Shown: positions 1 to 10,150, numbered from the stretch's first letter. The stretch: DNA of 32,000 bases from Halomicronema hongdechloris C2206 (GCF_002075285.3 NZ_CP021983.2:4290001-4322000); one strand, 5' to 3'. Numbers and translations: made by a program. The notes: generated from the letters alone by a model not told the origin.

Positions 1-1176
1 AAGACGGTCATCAGTCGGCTGCGGCACCTCTTCGCTCAGCTCTTCCTCCTCCCAATCCGCATCGAAATCGCCGGCATCGCCCTCGAAGAGATCGGCCAGA
101 CTATTGAGTTCTGCGGCCCCAATATTGGGACCTTCTTTCGGCGAGGGGGACGACGGGGTGCGGGCCGGGGTATCTGTGGCGTCTAGGAGATCGGCCCAGT
201 CCGCCGGTTCGGTGTCTAGCTGACTGGGGGCAGCCGGCTCGGCCCAGTCTGCCGGTTCGAAGTCCACAGCGATGGGTAAGGCTTCGCTGGTCTCTGGCTC
301 ACTGGGGTGAGAGAGTTCAGGCGGTAATAGATCCAGAATGTCTTGGCTGATCGCAATGGCATCTCCCTGCCCTCCCAGCACCTGCTCTTGGGCCCGTTTG
401 ATCTCTTTGATCAACACTGGAGCCAAGCTGCGATAGGATTGCTGCTCGTTTGCGATCGCACCCCGTGCCGCTGCCAGCAATCGGCTCCACGCTGGCAACT
501 CAAACTGCTCTCCAATGCTATAGAGCTGATATCCCACTTCTTGAAGGTCTGCCCGAGTCTCCGGAGTCTCTAGCTGCTTAAAAAGCCTCAGCATTTCCCG
601 CAAGTAGCCCGGCACATCGCTCCGGAACACCAGTTGCAGGGCGCTGTCCTCCCCAGAGGACGACGCCCCTCCAGGGGGCACCGTCGTCTGCTCAGCACTC
701 GCCACCGCTGCTGGTTCAGGGGCAGAGGACGCCTCGGCTTCCGGCAGGGGAGATACTGCTACCAGTGTCTCTAAATGGTGGTTGAGCCGCTCAAAGGTCG
801 GCTCCAAGGTTGCCATGATTTCCTGAGCTTTATCATCGGTGAGCCCAAAGGGTCCCTGAAGTTGTTCCAATAGCTCTTGCAGTCCATCAAACACCTTCAA
901 CAGCATGGATTCCAAGGGGCGATCCGTCTGTACCGGAGCTTCCTTTAACAGCTTGAAGTAATCTTCCAACCGGTGAGCCGTGCGTTGAACACTGTCAATG
1001 CCCAACATGGCCGCTCCCCCCTTCACCGAGTGAGCCGCCCGGAAGACTTCATTCACCATCTCAGGATCTTGGATGGTGACCTGAAGATTCAGCAGCCCTT
1101 GCTCTATCGTATTGAGGTGGTCTTTCGCCTCCTCAATGAAATAGCCCATGATCCGTTGTTGCTGTTCAGGCTGCAT
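1..1176 (-). CDS. pilL: CheA-like (hybrid) histidine kinase, N-terminal part only (Hpt/P1 domain plus acidic linker); the rest of the gene lies beyond the window start
   Basis: The minus-strand frame is open from ATG at 1176-1174 to position 1. I hand-translated the start and the last 120 nt and found no stops. It is absent from the ORF track because no stop lies in the window. The N-terminus MQPEQQQRIMGYFIEEAKDHLNTIEQGLLNL...VFRAAHSVKGGAAMLG carries the canonical Hpt phosphotransfer motif (HSxKG). An Asp/Glu/Pro-rich linker follows. It sits 56 nt downstream of the MCP gene, the position of PilL/HmpE. Confidence 0.8.
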   Translation of the reverse strand, partial: MQPEQQQRIMGYFIEEAKDHLNTIEQGLLNLQVTIQDPEMVNEVFRAAHSVKGGAAMLGIDSVQRTAHRLEDYFKLLKEAPVQTDRPLESMLLKVFDGLQELLEQLQGPFGLTDDKAQEIMATLEPTFERLNHHLETLVAVSPLPEAEASSAPEPAAVASAEQTTVPPGGASSSGEDSALQLVFRSDVPGYLREMLRLFKQLETPETRADLQEVGYQLYSIGEQFELPAWSRLLAAARGAIANEQQSYRSLAPVLIKEIKRAQEQVLGGQGDAIAISQDILDLLPPELSHPSEPETSEALPIAVDFEPADWAEPAAPSQLDTEPADWADLLDATDTPARTPSSPSPKEGPNIGAAELNSLADLFEGDAGDFDADWEEEELSEEVPQPTDDRL

Positions 1177-1232
1177 GACGGTTTCCCCCTACACGCGTAT
1201 ATCCGATGCCCGCCCCTCCATGAGGAGGGGGC

Positions 1233-4178
1233 TCATTCGTCCTTATTCACCTTAAAGCGCTCGACTGACGTCAGTAGATCCCGAGCAACTCCCACCAAAT
1301 TCTGCAGGGAAGTCGACACCCGCTGGGACTCTTGAGACGTCTCTTGAGCCGTTAACTCAACGGACTGCATCACCTGAGCAACGGTCCGAGAGGTCTCCGT
1401 TTGTTCCACCGTGTCAGCCGTAATCGATCGCACCAAGACATCAATTCGATTAGACACCTGAATAATATCTTCCAGGGATCGCTTCGCCTGCTCCGCCAAA
1501 CGTGTGCCCTCAATCACTTGCTGAGTCCCCTCTTCCATGGCGGTCATCACCCCACCGGTTTCACTCTGAATTTGCAAGACGATCTGCTCGATCTCCTTGG
1601 AGGCTTTAGCGGCCCGATCCGCCAGCTGGCGTACCTCATCGGCCACAATGGCAAATCCCCGCCCTGCTTCTCCGGCTCGAGCCGCCTCAATGCTGGCATT
1701 AAGCGCCAACAGGTTGGTGCGGGACGCAATCTGGGAAATCAAGGCAACAATCTTAGAAATCTCCTGAGAGGATTCCGCCAGTCGCTTCACCTTACGGGTG
1801 GTATCGGCTACGGTTTCTCGAATTTCGAGAATCCCCGCCACCGTTCGCTCTACCGCTTCGCCGCCTCGCAGCGCCGTTGTCGATGCCGAACGGGCCACTT
1901 CTTCTGCCTCTCGGGCACTCTCTGCCACCCGCTGAATCGAATCTGTCATCACCTGCACCGAATTCAGGGTCACCGCCAATTCTTCTGCCTGACGCAGAGC
2001 ATCGGCCGATAGACTGCGGGCAAACATCTCATTTTCGGTGGAACTCTTACTCACCTGGCGCGCCGCCACACTAACCTGTTGAACGATCTCCCGCAGATTC
2101 TGAATCGTCAGGTTAAAGGAATCTGCCACTGCTCCCAGGACATCAGCCGTTACCTCCGCTTGCACCGTCAGATCTCCGCGAGCGGCCCCTTCCACATCAT
2201 CCAACAGACGAATCACCTGGCGTTGGAGATCTTCCTTGGCCTGCTCCTGTTCCTGGGCCTTGCGCTGAGCTTCGCTAGTGGTCGTCAAGATTACCCTAGC
2301 CATCTGATTGAACCCTGACGACAACTGGCCAAATTCATCTTGAGCAAAGACCGTGGCCCGCGCCGACAAATTCCCCTGGGTGACCGCTGTAAATTGCTCC
2401 TGCAGGTTCTCAGTAGTTTGACGGGTGCGGCGATTAGCCAAGTATCCAGTGCCATAGGCCGCCACAAAACCAGTACCACCAGCCGCCACTGCCATCCCGG
2501 CGTGGAGCACTCGAGGCAACCGTTGTTCAGGGGTCGTGCTGGCCGCCACAAAATTAACGATACCGACAGCCAAGGCCGATGCTACCCCTGCCGTCGCCGA
2601 TATGATTAACCCCTTAGTCCGCAAGGGAGCATTATCTAAGAAGGCCAACCATCCTTGCTCTACTGACACCTGCTCAATAGGTTCATCCTCACTCTGAGCG
2701 AAGGCTGGCAAGGCATCAGCACTACTCGACAGATTAAACAGCTCATCGTCGTCCATGAGCACGTCATTGTCGTCAAGGTCGAAGGCAGAGCCGCTAATGC
2801 CGTTATCAGTATCCTTGCCATCGGCCATGCCCAGCCCTGAAGTCCCTACAGACGGGCTGGTGAAACCAGCAGAACTATCCGAGAGCTCAAAGTCGGGCAA
2901 ACTCCCTAGATCATCGAAGTCATCAAACTCATCTAAGAAATCGACATTTCCCCCAGAGGTACTGCCACTCTCAGTGCCATTATCAGTGCCATTAGAGGAC
3001 ATGTCGAAATCTGGCCCCTGGTCGGCCGGTGGGGCACTCTCCTCATCGACTAGATCGGGATCGGGAGAAAATAATGTACGGTCCTCAGAGACTGACTCCA
3101 GTTCCATCCAGGCCTCATCCCCATCGTCTGCCTGGACGTCTGGGGGCGTTTCGGCAGCATCTGCACTCGATGATGGCGATGGGGTAGGCTCCTCAGTCGG
3201 TCCCGGCATAAAGAACGTTTGCTCATCGGCATCCTCCACCTCATCCTCTACCTGAGGAAAGGTCTCATGGGGGTCATCATCCAGATCTGCATCGGCAAAA
3301 ATATCTAGGGCCTCATCATCTAAGGTCCCGTCGTCCGAGGCAAACCCTGCTGTGCCTTGGCCAGACTCAGGGGCAGATGTCTCTGCAGGCTCTAAGTACC
3401 CATGATCATCGTTGAGCGTAATGTCATCGCCCATCCAATCGGCAACGTTGGATTCACCCTCATCGGCAGCCGTATCTGACGGGGGTTCCTCAAACGGATT
3501 TTCAAAGGGAAAAGGAGTGTCGTCAAAGGCGCTGAGATCAGGCTCACCGGTATCAGTTACAGCCCCTTCAGTGGCAAACGGATCGCTAAAGGGATCTGCT
3601 TCGACCGCTTCAGCAGCTCCTGGTAACTCACCAAAGTCGGCATCATCTAAGTCGAGGTCGGCAAAGTCCAGATCTGAGTCCTTGAGTTCTTCCGGCTCAG
3701 ATGTACCCGTCGCCTCAGAGGCGGGGCCCGAAACCGACCAATCTGTTGCGGCTGTTCCCTGCCCTTCTACAACCGCCTCATCATCAAATAACTCCTCTAC
3801 AGATCCCTGATCACCAGCAGACACATCATCAATGAAGGTGGCACTGGTTCTAGTGGCGTCATCGGCGCTAGCAACCACGTCGTCGGCCTCAGCCTCAGCC
3901 GCGGTGAATTGGTTAGCGTACGCTAATCCATTGTTGGCATAGTCGACAAACTCGGGATCAGTGGTGACGTTAAGAACAGATTGATATTGCTCACGAGCAA
4001 CATCAAAGCGCTGCAGTCCGTAGCAGTAGATGTGTCCCCGCAGCAGTAGCACGCTGGGATCGGTGGGATATTCCTCAGCCAGCTGATCGATGACAGTGGC
4101 AGCATCTTCATAACTACCCTGCATATAGGCTCTCTCAGCTTTCTGATAGGCTTGAGAGTAATCAGTGCCTGAAGCCAT
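1233..4178 (-). CDS. pilJ: Methyl-accepting chemotaxis protein of the pilus-motility locus (PilJ/HmpD type): TPR-like N-terminus, long acidic region, 2 TM helices, HAMP-like linker, MCP signalling domain
   Basis: 981-aa ORF. The C-terminal signalling hairpin motif is [34 protein letters not shown]. Two hydrophobic helices are present ([24 protein letters not shown] and [20 protein letters not shown]). A GGAGA Shine-Dalgarno-like element lies about 7 nt upstream of the ATG. The gene is flanked by CheW and CheA-like genes. Confidence 0.9.
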   Translation of the reverse strand: MASGTDYSQAYQKAERAYMQGSYEDAATVIDQLAEEYPTDPSVLLLRGHIYCYGLQRFDVAREQYQSVLNVTTDPEFVDYANNGLAYANQFTAAEAEADDVVASADDATRTSATFIDDVSAGDQGSVEELFDDEAVVEGQGTAATDWSVSGPASEATGTSEPEELKDSDLDFADLDLDDADFGELPGAAEAVEADPFSDPFATEGAVTDTGEPDLSAFDDTPFPFENPFEEPPSDTAADEGESNVADWMGDDITLNDDHGYLEPAETSAPESGQGTAGFASDDGTLDDEALDIFADADLDDDPHETFPQVEDEVEDADEQTFFMPGPTEEPTPSPSSSADAAETPPDVQADDGDEAWMELESVSEDRTLFSPDPDLVDEESAPPADQGPDFDMSSNGTDNGTESGSTSGGNVDFLDEFDDFDDLGSLPDFELSDSSAGFTSPSVGTSGLGMADGKDTDNGISGSAFDLDDNDVLMDDDELFNLSSSADALPAFAQSEDEPIEQVSVEQGWLAFLDNAPLRTKGLIISATAGVASALAVGIVNFVAASTTPEQRLPRVLHAGMAVAAGGTGFVAAYGTGYLANRRTRQTTENLQEQFTAVTQGNLSARATVFAQDEFGQLSSGFNQMARVILTTTSEAQRKAQEQEQAKEDLQRQVIRLLDDVEGAARGDLTVQAEVTADVLGAVADSFNLTIQNLREIVQQVSVAARQVSKSSTENEMFARSLSADALRQAEELAVTLNSVQVMTDSIQRVAESAREAEEVARSASTTALRGGEAVERTVAGILEIRETVADTTRKVKRLAESSQEISKIVALISQIASRTNLLALNASIEAARAGEAGRGFAIVADEVRQLADRAAKASKEIEQIVLQIQSETGGVMTAMEEGTQQVIEGTRLAEQAKRSLEDIIQVSNRIDVLVRSITADTVEQTETSRTVAQVMQSVELTAQETSQESQRVSTSLQNLVGVARDLLTSVERFKVNKDE

Positions 4179-4210
4179 GTCTCTTCTCCTGCCAGTGTGC
4201 CGTTGTGTCT

Positions 4211-4741
4211 TCAGGTAGCCCAGCGCGCTGAACGCAAGATGGCGATATGATCAAGTAAACGAAGTACTCGCTTCTGATCAGAATCAACAACCCACTCTCC
4301 TTTTAGGAAGGGAGCCATCGTGTCTGGGATATTCCTGGAGGGTTGGATTTCCTCAATAGTAAGCCAGTATGTACCAACAACCTGGTTAACGGCTAAGCCT
4401 AGCATAATTCCCTGATCTTCAACCGCAATTACAGGGATTTCAGTGCGATCTGTATTGAGTAGGGTCTGATATCCCAGGAACTGCCCTAGATCAGCCACCC
4501 AAATCACCCGTCCCTGTTCATTTAGGGTACCTAATAACAACGGTGATGCGTTGGGAATAGGCGTAATACTATCGGGAGGTTGCTCAATAATACGACGAAT
4601 GCCGGTTGCAGGCAGGGCAAACTCATCCCCCGATGCCACGAAAAACCGCAGATACAGTTCTCCTTCTGGGGTCTCAAGTTCTTGCAGTTCAGGCTGTTGG
4701 TCTTGGCCTTTGCTAGTGAGAAAGTCGGGATTACCTACCAT
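4211..4741 (-). CDS. pilI: CheW-like coupling protein (PilI/HmpC type)
   Basis: 176 aa with a CheW-domain pattern ([23 protein letters not shown]...[29 protein letters not shown]). It starts 11 nt after the CheY gene and ends 32 nt before the MCP gene. Confidence 0.9.
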   Translation of the reverse strand: MVGNPDFLTSKGQDQQPELQELETPEGELYLRFFVASGDEFALPATGIRRIIEQPPDSITPIPNASPLLLGTLNEQGRVIWVADLGQFLGYQTLLNTDRTEIPVIAVEDQGIMLGLAVNQVVGTYWLTIEEIQPSRNIPDTMAPFLKGEWVVDSDQKRVLRLLDHIAILRSARWAT

Positions 4742-4752
4742 GAGATAGAAGC

Positions 4753-5118
4753 TTAGCCTCGCAGTAACTGTTTTACAGTGCCCACGAGTTCCATGGGCTG
4801 AAAAGGTTTGGCAATGTAGGCATCAGCTCCTTGCTTCATGCCCCAATAGCGATCAAACTCCTCCCCTTTAGAGGAGCACATCACGATGGGAACATTTTGA
4901 GTTAATGGATCAGCCTTGAGACGCCGACAGACTTCGTAACCGTTCATGCGGGGCATAACGATGTCGAGCACGACCAGATCAGGAGGATGTCCCTGAATAG
5001 ACTCCAGAGCTTCTAGCCCATCACTGGCAACCATCACCTTTAGACCACTGGTTTGCAGCAGCTCGCTGATCATTTCGCGTTGGGGAAGGCTATCTTCAAC
5101 GACTAAAACCGTGCTCAT
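4753..5118 (-). CDS. pilH: Single-domain CheY-like response regulator (PilH/HmpB type)
   Basis: 121 aa consisting of a REC domain only. It has the N-terminal acidic pair (VLVVEDS), the phospho-acceptor context DLVVLDIVMPRMNGYEV and the conserved Lys in AYIAKPF. Confidence 0.9.
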   Translation of the reverse strand: MSTVLVVEDSLPQREMISELLQTSGLKVMVASDGLEALESIQGHPPDLVVLDIVMPRMNGYEVCRRLKADPLTQNVPIVMCSSKGEEFDRYWGMKQGADAYIAKPFQPMELVGTVKQLLRG

Positions 5119-5321
5119 AATCCTAGCTGCCCGCCAATGTTATTTCTAGAGAGAGTCGCTACGTTGAGCTTAGCCCTCTTGCCCCCTAATTGGCTCGGCG
5201 ATCCTGTCATCCAATAAAGTACCTGTAGACGCTTCGATGCCTGGCGGTCTCAAAATCATCAACCAATTCCCCATGGTACATCGGCAATTAGCTGAGAGCC
5301 AGTCACATCTGCCCTGGCGTC

Positions 5322-6593
5322 CTAGCCTATCTGCTTAGCAGGTTTCGGGTGGGGGCTATCTAGATCGAGTTCGTCTTCAATGGCTTCCGCCAGTAGACAG
5401 TCTGGGCGGGGACGCTGGGGATTGCCCAAGCCGACGTATTTTTCGACTAAGGTCAGGAGTTCGCTGGCCCCAAAGGGTTTAGTCAAGTAGTCAGTGGCGC
5501 CAGCCATGCGAGCTTTGACCCGGTCGATAAAACCAACCTTGCCGGTCAGCATGATGATGGGGGTTTGGCGAAATGTGCTTGACTGACGCAGCATGGCACA
5601 AAGCTCATATCCTTCTAGCTCCGGCATGACGATATCGCACAGGATTAAATCGGGCTTGAGCTGGAAGAGGAGACTCAGGGCCTTCAAAGGATTGCCCAGG
5701 GAGGTTACTTCATAGCCCTGGTCATCGAGGATCGTCTCTACGGTCTGTCGGACCGCTGTTCCATCGTCAATGCAGACGACTCTAGGAACTCGAGTGGCTT
5801 GCCAGGCTTCTAGGGCATCAGTTGTCCTAGGTTCATAGGCTGCTGGCATTAGATGGACCAGCCCTCGCTTCAGATAGGGGTAGAGGCTGCGAGCGACCGT
5901 AACCATATCTCGATTCAGATAGCGGGCTAACTGTCGAATGGATGTGTGACCGTCCATCCAGCTGCAGAGACGCTCGTAGGTGCCTTCGGACATGAGACTG
6001 CTGAGGGCAGTCGGATCAGGGACAACAGGTCGCTGCTGCGGCGAATAAATGTGGGGATGTAATTGCTTCCACTCTTGGATTTGCTTGGTGATAGTGGTGA
6101 CTAGTGGCCCAATTTCGAAGGAGATGAGCTGAGGATTGAGGGCCGACCCTAACTGGAAGGTGAAACTTCCTTGGTGCAGGCTGAGCAGATCGAACAGCGT
6201 TTCCTGAACCAAATTGTTAAGAATTGTGCGGCACTGCTCAGGAGTCAGCACATGATTCTCCAACAGGGTCCAGAGGTAGCCGTACTCCGGCGAGTTGATG
6301 GATGCAATTGAAGAAACGGTGGTGGTGTCGAGGGCAGTATCCAGTTGGTAGCGATGTAGATAGTCCCGCAGCCGGTCGAGATCACCATCGGTGGTGCCAG
6401 CATAAACGATCTGCCCGTTTACCAAGAAGACTAGCCAGGATTGGTGAGGCTCATCATTCTGCCCGGGGCGATCAGGTGCGATCGCAGGAGGATTAGGTCC
6501 ATAGGTTTCCACGTAGAGCTCGCCAGTCCGCTGGCCCAACTCCAGGAGCTGCAGAATGCTGCGGATATCAATTTCGCTCAGGTAGCCCTGCAT
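5322..6593 (-). CDS. pilG: PatA-type response regulator (N-terminal PATAN/DUF4388-like domain plus C-terminal REC; PilG/HmpA type)
   Basis: 423 aa. The N-terminus MQGYLSEIDIRSILQLLELGQRTGELYVE is the characteristic PATAN-domain start. The C-terminal REC is visible (VVCIDDG...DLILCDIVMPELEGYELC...DYLTKPF). It is the first gene of the cluster and is divergent from hmpF. Confidence 0.85.
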   Translation of the reverse strand: MQGYLSEIDIRSILQLLELGQRTGELYVETYGPNPPAIAPDRPGQNDEPHQSWLVFLVNGQIVYAGTTDGDLDRLRDYLHRYQLDTALDTTTVSSIASINSPEYGYLWTLLENHVLTPEQCRTILNNLVQETLFDLLSLHQGSFTFQLGSALNPQLISFEIGPLVTTITKQIQEWKQLHPHIYSPQQRPVVPDPTALSSLMSEGTYERLCSWMDGHTSIRQLARYLNRDMVTVARSLYPYLKRGLVHLMPAAYEPRTTDALEAWQATRVPRVVCIDDGTAVRQTVETILDDQGYEVTSLGNPLKALSLLFQLKPDLILCDIVMPELEGYELCAMLRQSSTFRQTPIIMLTGKVGFIDRVKARMAGATDYLTKPFGASELLTLVEKYVGLGNPQRPRPDCLLAEAIEDELDLDSPHPKPAKQIG

Positions 6594-7140
6594 GAAGACA
6601 ACGAAGTAGTGGGCAAACGCTAGATGTATCGGGGCTTTTCTAGGGAATCCGCAGGAATCCAGAGCCTAATCATACAGTCAGATGACTCGTATGCACTGCT
6701 GCCGGGCTATGATAGCCAGCTGCTCAACGCTCTGCTCTCAGTATAATTCGGGATTGCCTGGACGCAGTGACTTTACAGTGCCGCCGACTGAGGTGCCGCG
6801 GGGCTCCTTCACCTGAAGGTCCCACCGCAATTAGGTGTTTTTCCCAGGGTAGCAAGTGGCGTCGCCACTCCGGCCAGGATGCGCTAGTTTAGAGACATAC
6901 TTGACTTCATCCCCATAATGCAAAGACTATACACAGTGTTTGCGAGTATGCCCGTATTTGCCAATTTGACGACTATTGGCATCTGAGCTGATTCAGCCAA
7001 TGGCTGTCATCATAGGGCTACCACCATGAGACTAAAGCGGTCCTTAGAGCGCGACTAGGTGAACTAGAGTAATAAACTCCATCAGGGAGTGCGCAACAGC
7101 AAGTGCGTAATTAGAGGCAAGCATAACGAGGGCGACTGGC

Positions 7141-8898
7141 GTGCTGTATCTAGCAGAAGTGCAGAAAAAAGCTGGATTCATCGGTAGTGGTAAGCCAGAG
7201 TTCAAATTGCTTGCCTGTCAACGGTCAGAACAAAGCTGGAGTTCGGTGCCAGGGGACGAAGTGGTAGCGGCCCCTGATGATGCCACCTACAATGCCGGGG
7301 CTCTAGTGATGGTAGAGCTTAGTAATAATCGCCAGATTCAGCGCCATTACGAAGCTGGCCGGTCGTTGGTGACGATCCTGCAGACCTTCTCCAATCTCAG
7401 CAAGAAATATAAGACACAAGAAGAAGAAATTGAGCAGTGGAAACAGTCTCTGACGTTTCAGAGCCAGGAACTGAACCGCCGCGAGATGGACATGGAATCG
7501 CGGCAGGAGCAGTTAGAGCAGGCGGAGGCAGACCTAGACAAGCTAGATGAACAGCGTCAGGCCACCGAACAGGCCCAAGCAGAACTCGAGCAACTTCGAG
7601 CTGACTTAGAGCGTAAAAACCAAGACCTAGAGGGGGCCTGGGCTCATCTCAATGGTGAGATGAGGCGATTGGAAGAGCGCCAGGCCGAGATGGGTAATAT
7701 CAGCCTGGATGAGGCCCAACTAGAACAACTCCAGGAAGCACTTGACCGTCTCACCAATGCCATCACGCCTACTGAGTCTGTTCGACAACAGTTAGACGCA
7801 GCCTTCGAGCACTGGAATCAACAGCAGGCGACCTTAGAGCACCATCAACAATCCTTAGGGCAGCAGCAGCAGGAATTAACCCAGCAACAGCAGCAGCAAC
7901 AGCAGCAAATTAGTGAGCTGGAGTCTGCCTGGCAGAGCTGGCGGGATGGTGAGACGGCTCTGGCTGATCGTCGCACCGAGCTAAAGTTACAGCAGGCGCT
8001 AATCGTGGCTCACCAAGAGCGCATTACACTTCTATCGGAACAACTGCGAGATCAAGGAGCCTTACATAAGCAGATCTATGACCTGCTCAACACCACCGAT
8101 AAGGTACGTCTCAGCAAGAAGGTGGATGTTGCGGCCTTAGAAGCCATGCCTTTGGAAACCTTGCAAACTCTGGTCAGTGAGTTAGAGCAGGATCTAGAAA
8201 AGGTATCTCGCTTCGTCATCGATCAAGAAGAGGAGCTGACCTTACAGCAACAAGCTATTGATGAGCTCAAGCATAAAATTGAGCAATCTAGTGAATTTGA
8301 TCGGCTGCAGTTGGAAACTGAATTGGCCGATGAGCAAGATCGCTACCAAATGCTGAATGAAACCCTGGTGGGCCAGCGTCGTAATCTACTAGAGCGAGAA
8401 GAGGTACTCAGCCAACACCAGGCCCTGCTGCGACGGCGCCAGGGCCATGCCACCGAGGAGGCTCCGGCATCAGCCGTAGAGCTAGAGCCCGTGTTAGATA
8501 AGCTCGATGAGCTCCGGCAACAAACCAATGATGAACTGCATACTCTAGAAACTCAGGCAAAGCAGATGCAGGAGTCGGTGGCTACCCTAAGAACTGAGAC
8601 CGAGCAAATGGCGGCTGCTCAGGGGACCCGGCGGGAAGAATTGCAGACCCAGGAGAACCAAGTTCGGGAGCGTCAACAGGCCTTAGGCTGCCTCCAGGGC
8701 AAGGTAGATCTCTATGGCGAACTGCTGCCTGCCGCTAAGGAGCGCCTTGATCAAGGGAAGCAGACCCTCGATGCGATCGCATCTTCCCTGGCCCAACTGC
8801 AAGAATCGAGCGACTATCAACTCCAGGCAATCACTGAGATGCGCCAGACCGTGTTTACCCTGGCTGCGGAAGGCACTGAACAGCTAGCCACCCCATAA
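7141..8898 (+). CDS. hmpF: Pilus motility taxis protein HmpF (long coiled-coil protein)
   Basis: 585 aa with a GTG start. The N-terminus MLYLAEVQKKAGFIGSGKPEFKLLACQRSEQSW is the conserved one. The remainder is Q/E/L-rich heptad-like coiled coil. Its position, divergent and upstream of the PatA-CheY-CheW-MCP-CheA cluster, matches that described for hmpF in Nostoc punctiforme. Confidence 0.8.
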   Translation: MLYLAEVQKKAGFIGSGKPEFKLLACQRSEQSWSSVPGDEVVAAPDDATYNAGALVMVELSNNRQIQRHYEAGRSLVTILQTFSNLSKKYKTQEEEIEQWKQSLTFQSQELNRREMDMESRQEQLEQAEADLDKLDEQRQATEQAQAELEQLRADLERKNQDLEGAWAHLNGEMRRLEERQAEMGNISLDEAQLEQLQEALDRLTNAITPTESVRQQLDAAFEHWNQQQATLEHHQQSLGQQQQELTQQQQQQQQQISELESAWQSWRDGETALADRRTELKLQQALIVAHQERITLLSEQLRDQGALHKQIYDLLNTTDKVRLSKKVDVAALEAMPLETLQTLVSELEQDLEKVSRFVIDQEEELTLQQQAIDELKHKIEQSSEFDRLQLETELADEQDRYQMLNETLVGQRRNLLEREEVLSQHQALLRRRQGHATEEAPASAVELEPVLDKLDELRQQTNDELHTLETQAKQMQESVATLRTETEQMAAAQGTRREELQTQENQVRERQQALGCLQGKVDLYGELLPAAKERLDQGKQTLDAIASSLAQLQESSDYQLQAITEMRQTVFTLAAEGTEQLATP

Positions 8899-8916
8899 AA
8901 TGACCAGATTCAACCT

Positions 8917-9120
8917 ATGATTTGGGTAAACGAACAAATCGATCCCTGCGGCCTTATTTATTCCTGTATTGCCTGTCGTGACGAAAACCAAGCTCGGGCT
9001 TGCCACGAATCGTTTCAAGCCAACTTAACCCAAGACCAAATTGACCACGGCTGGATAGCTCAGCTACGAACCGTGGAGTCGTGGGAAGAAGTGCCTGTCA
9101 ATGCCCTCAAATTAGACTAG
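8917..9120 (+). CDS. Hypothetical small Cys-rich protein (67 aa)
   Basis: The ORF begins 18 nt after the hmpF stop on the same strand and has 4 Cys and 1 His within residues 11-30 (CGLIYSCIACRDENQARACH). I recognise no family. Coding status is inferred from position and ordinary-looking composition only. Confidence 0.4.
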   Translation: MIWVNEQIDPCGLIYSCIACRDENQARACHESFQANLTQDQIDHGWIAQLRTVESWEEVPVNALKLD

Positions 9121-9213
9121 TAGTTCGTGGCAGACATTGCCTTACCTTTCTGCTCCCAGCTCCCCAGTTGTCGCTGTTAAATTCAGATTAGCCGTGCCAC
9201 TAGTCGGCCCTGT

Positions 9214-9552
9214 CTAAGATCCTCGCCAGTGCCAGCGCTGATCTAGCAATGTCTTACTGAGCACCCTCAGAGGTTCCGAGGTTTCTCCAGAGAACAAGGC
9301 AAAGTCCACCGGCCCCATATAGGACTCGATCTGCTCTGCTAACTCTTGCAACAGCGGATCACTCAAGCAGATCCGGCTAGGTAGCCGTACAACCATTAGC
9401 GGCAGCTCGTCTTGACCAGCACTTGGCACTAAACTCCACTCACACTGATCCAACATGTCTCGCACCGTTTCACTCAGCACAGCCCGAAACCGGTGCATCT
9501 GTTGGCACTTGATCTGCAGTTCTTGCAACAGACTTCGATCCGTAGAGGTCAT
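9214..9552 (-). CDS. Hypothetical protein (about 113 aa from ATG 9552; a GTG at 9591 would give 125 aa)
   Basis: It is the only long ORF in this interval and has balanced composition. I recognise no motif. The start is ambiguous and no clear SD is present. Confidence 0.45.
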   Translation of the reverse strand: MTSTDRSLLQELQIKCQQMHRFRAVLSETVRDMLDQCEWSLVPSAGQDELPLMVVRLPSRICLSDPLLQELAEQIESYMGPVDFALFSGETSEPLRVLSKTLLDQRWHWRGS

Positions 9553-9792
9553 AAGAGAAAAGCACGCAGCCTTTGAACAACCGGCAATCACAACAACTCG
9601 ACTCCACCCCAGCTTGGTAAGATTAGAGTCTCAAGGGACCAGCCATCCCAGCACCTGAGCATCAGCCAAGACCTCAAGTTGGTCTAAACATTTTCCGCCC
9701 ACTCCCATCCCAGATCTCAAGAGAGATACCCATCACCTATCTACACTTAAAAGTTTAGGCCTAGCCTCCATTGATAGAGTTGAAGATTTTCT

Positions 9793-10002
9793 ATGAATCC
9801 TCATATTAAGCTGGCTCAGTTCCTCAAACAGAATCAACTGGTACAAACTGGTGGCGAAGCTAAACTCATGATTCAAAATGGCGATGTCAGGGTCAACGGT
9901 GCCCTAGAAACTCGACGGGGTCGTAAACTCGTCGACGGCGATCGCGTCAGCCTTCAAGGACAGACCCACGTAGTGCACTTATCCCGCCAGGACACCCCTT
10001 AG
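9793..10002 (+). CDS. Small S4-domain RNA-binding protein (YbcJ-like)
   Basis: 69 aa. The pattern IKLAQFLKQNQLVQTGGEAKLMIQNGDVRVNGALETRRGRKLVDGDRV is the typical S4 alpha-L motif of the YbcJ-type small proteins. Confidence 0.8.
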   Translation: MNPHIKLAQFLKQNQLVQTGGEAKLMIQNGDVRVNGALETRRGRKLVDGDRVSLQGQTHVVHLSRQDTP

Positions 10003-10057
10003 CCTCCCTCGACCACCCATCACCTTATCCCTAGCTGTTTCCCGTTGGACACCGCCA

Positions 10058-10086
10058 TTCCGACTCTTGGGCAAACCCGTTACAAT
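10058..10086 (+). promoter_or_regulatory. Putative sigma70-type promoter upstream of grxC (-35 TTCCGA, 17-nt spacer, -10 TACAAT)
   Basis: TACAAT lies at 10081-10086, about 65 nt upstream of the grxC ATG. The weak -35 TTCCGA lies at 10058-10063. AAGGAG lies 5 nt upstream of the ATG. This is a sequence match only. Confidence 0.25.
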
Positions 10087-10150
10087 TTAGACACGACATT
10101 ACTTCATAGAATCAAGAAGCACAGAGTCAAGCAACAGAGTCAAGGAGTGT

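Noticed and set aside
343-1335. Plus-strand ORFs of 76 and 120 aa at the left edge
   Set aside because: They are antisense to the CheA-like Hpt-domain CDS, which has a canonical HSVKGG motif. They have no SD and no recognisable domain.
1401-3810. Plus-strand ORFs of 203, 166 and 132 aa (and smaller ones) inside the MCP gene
   Set aside because: They are antisense to a strongly supported MCP CDS. Their Ser/Pro/Arg-rich low-complexity translations are the mirror of the Asp/Glu-rich sense strand. They carry no motifs.
6680-6823. 47-aa plus-strand ORF (MTRMHCCRAMIASC...) in the hmpA-hmpF divergent spacer
   Set aside because: It is short, has no SD and has a Cys/Ser-rich odd composition. It most likely occurs by chance within a promoter region.
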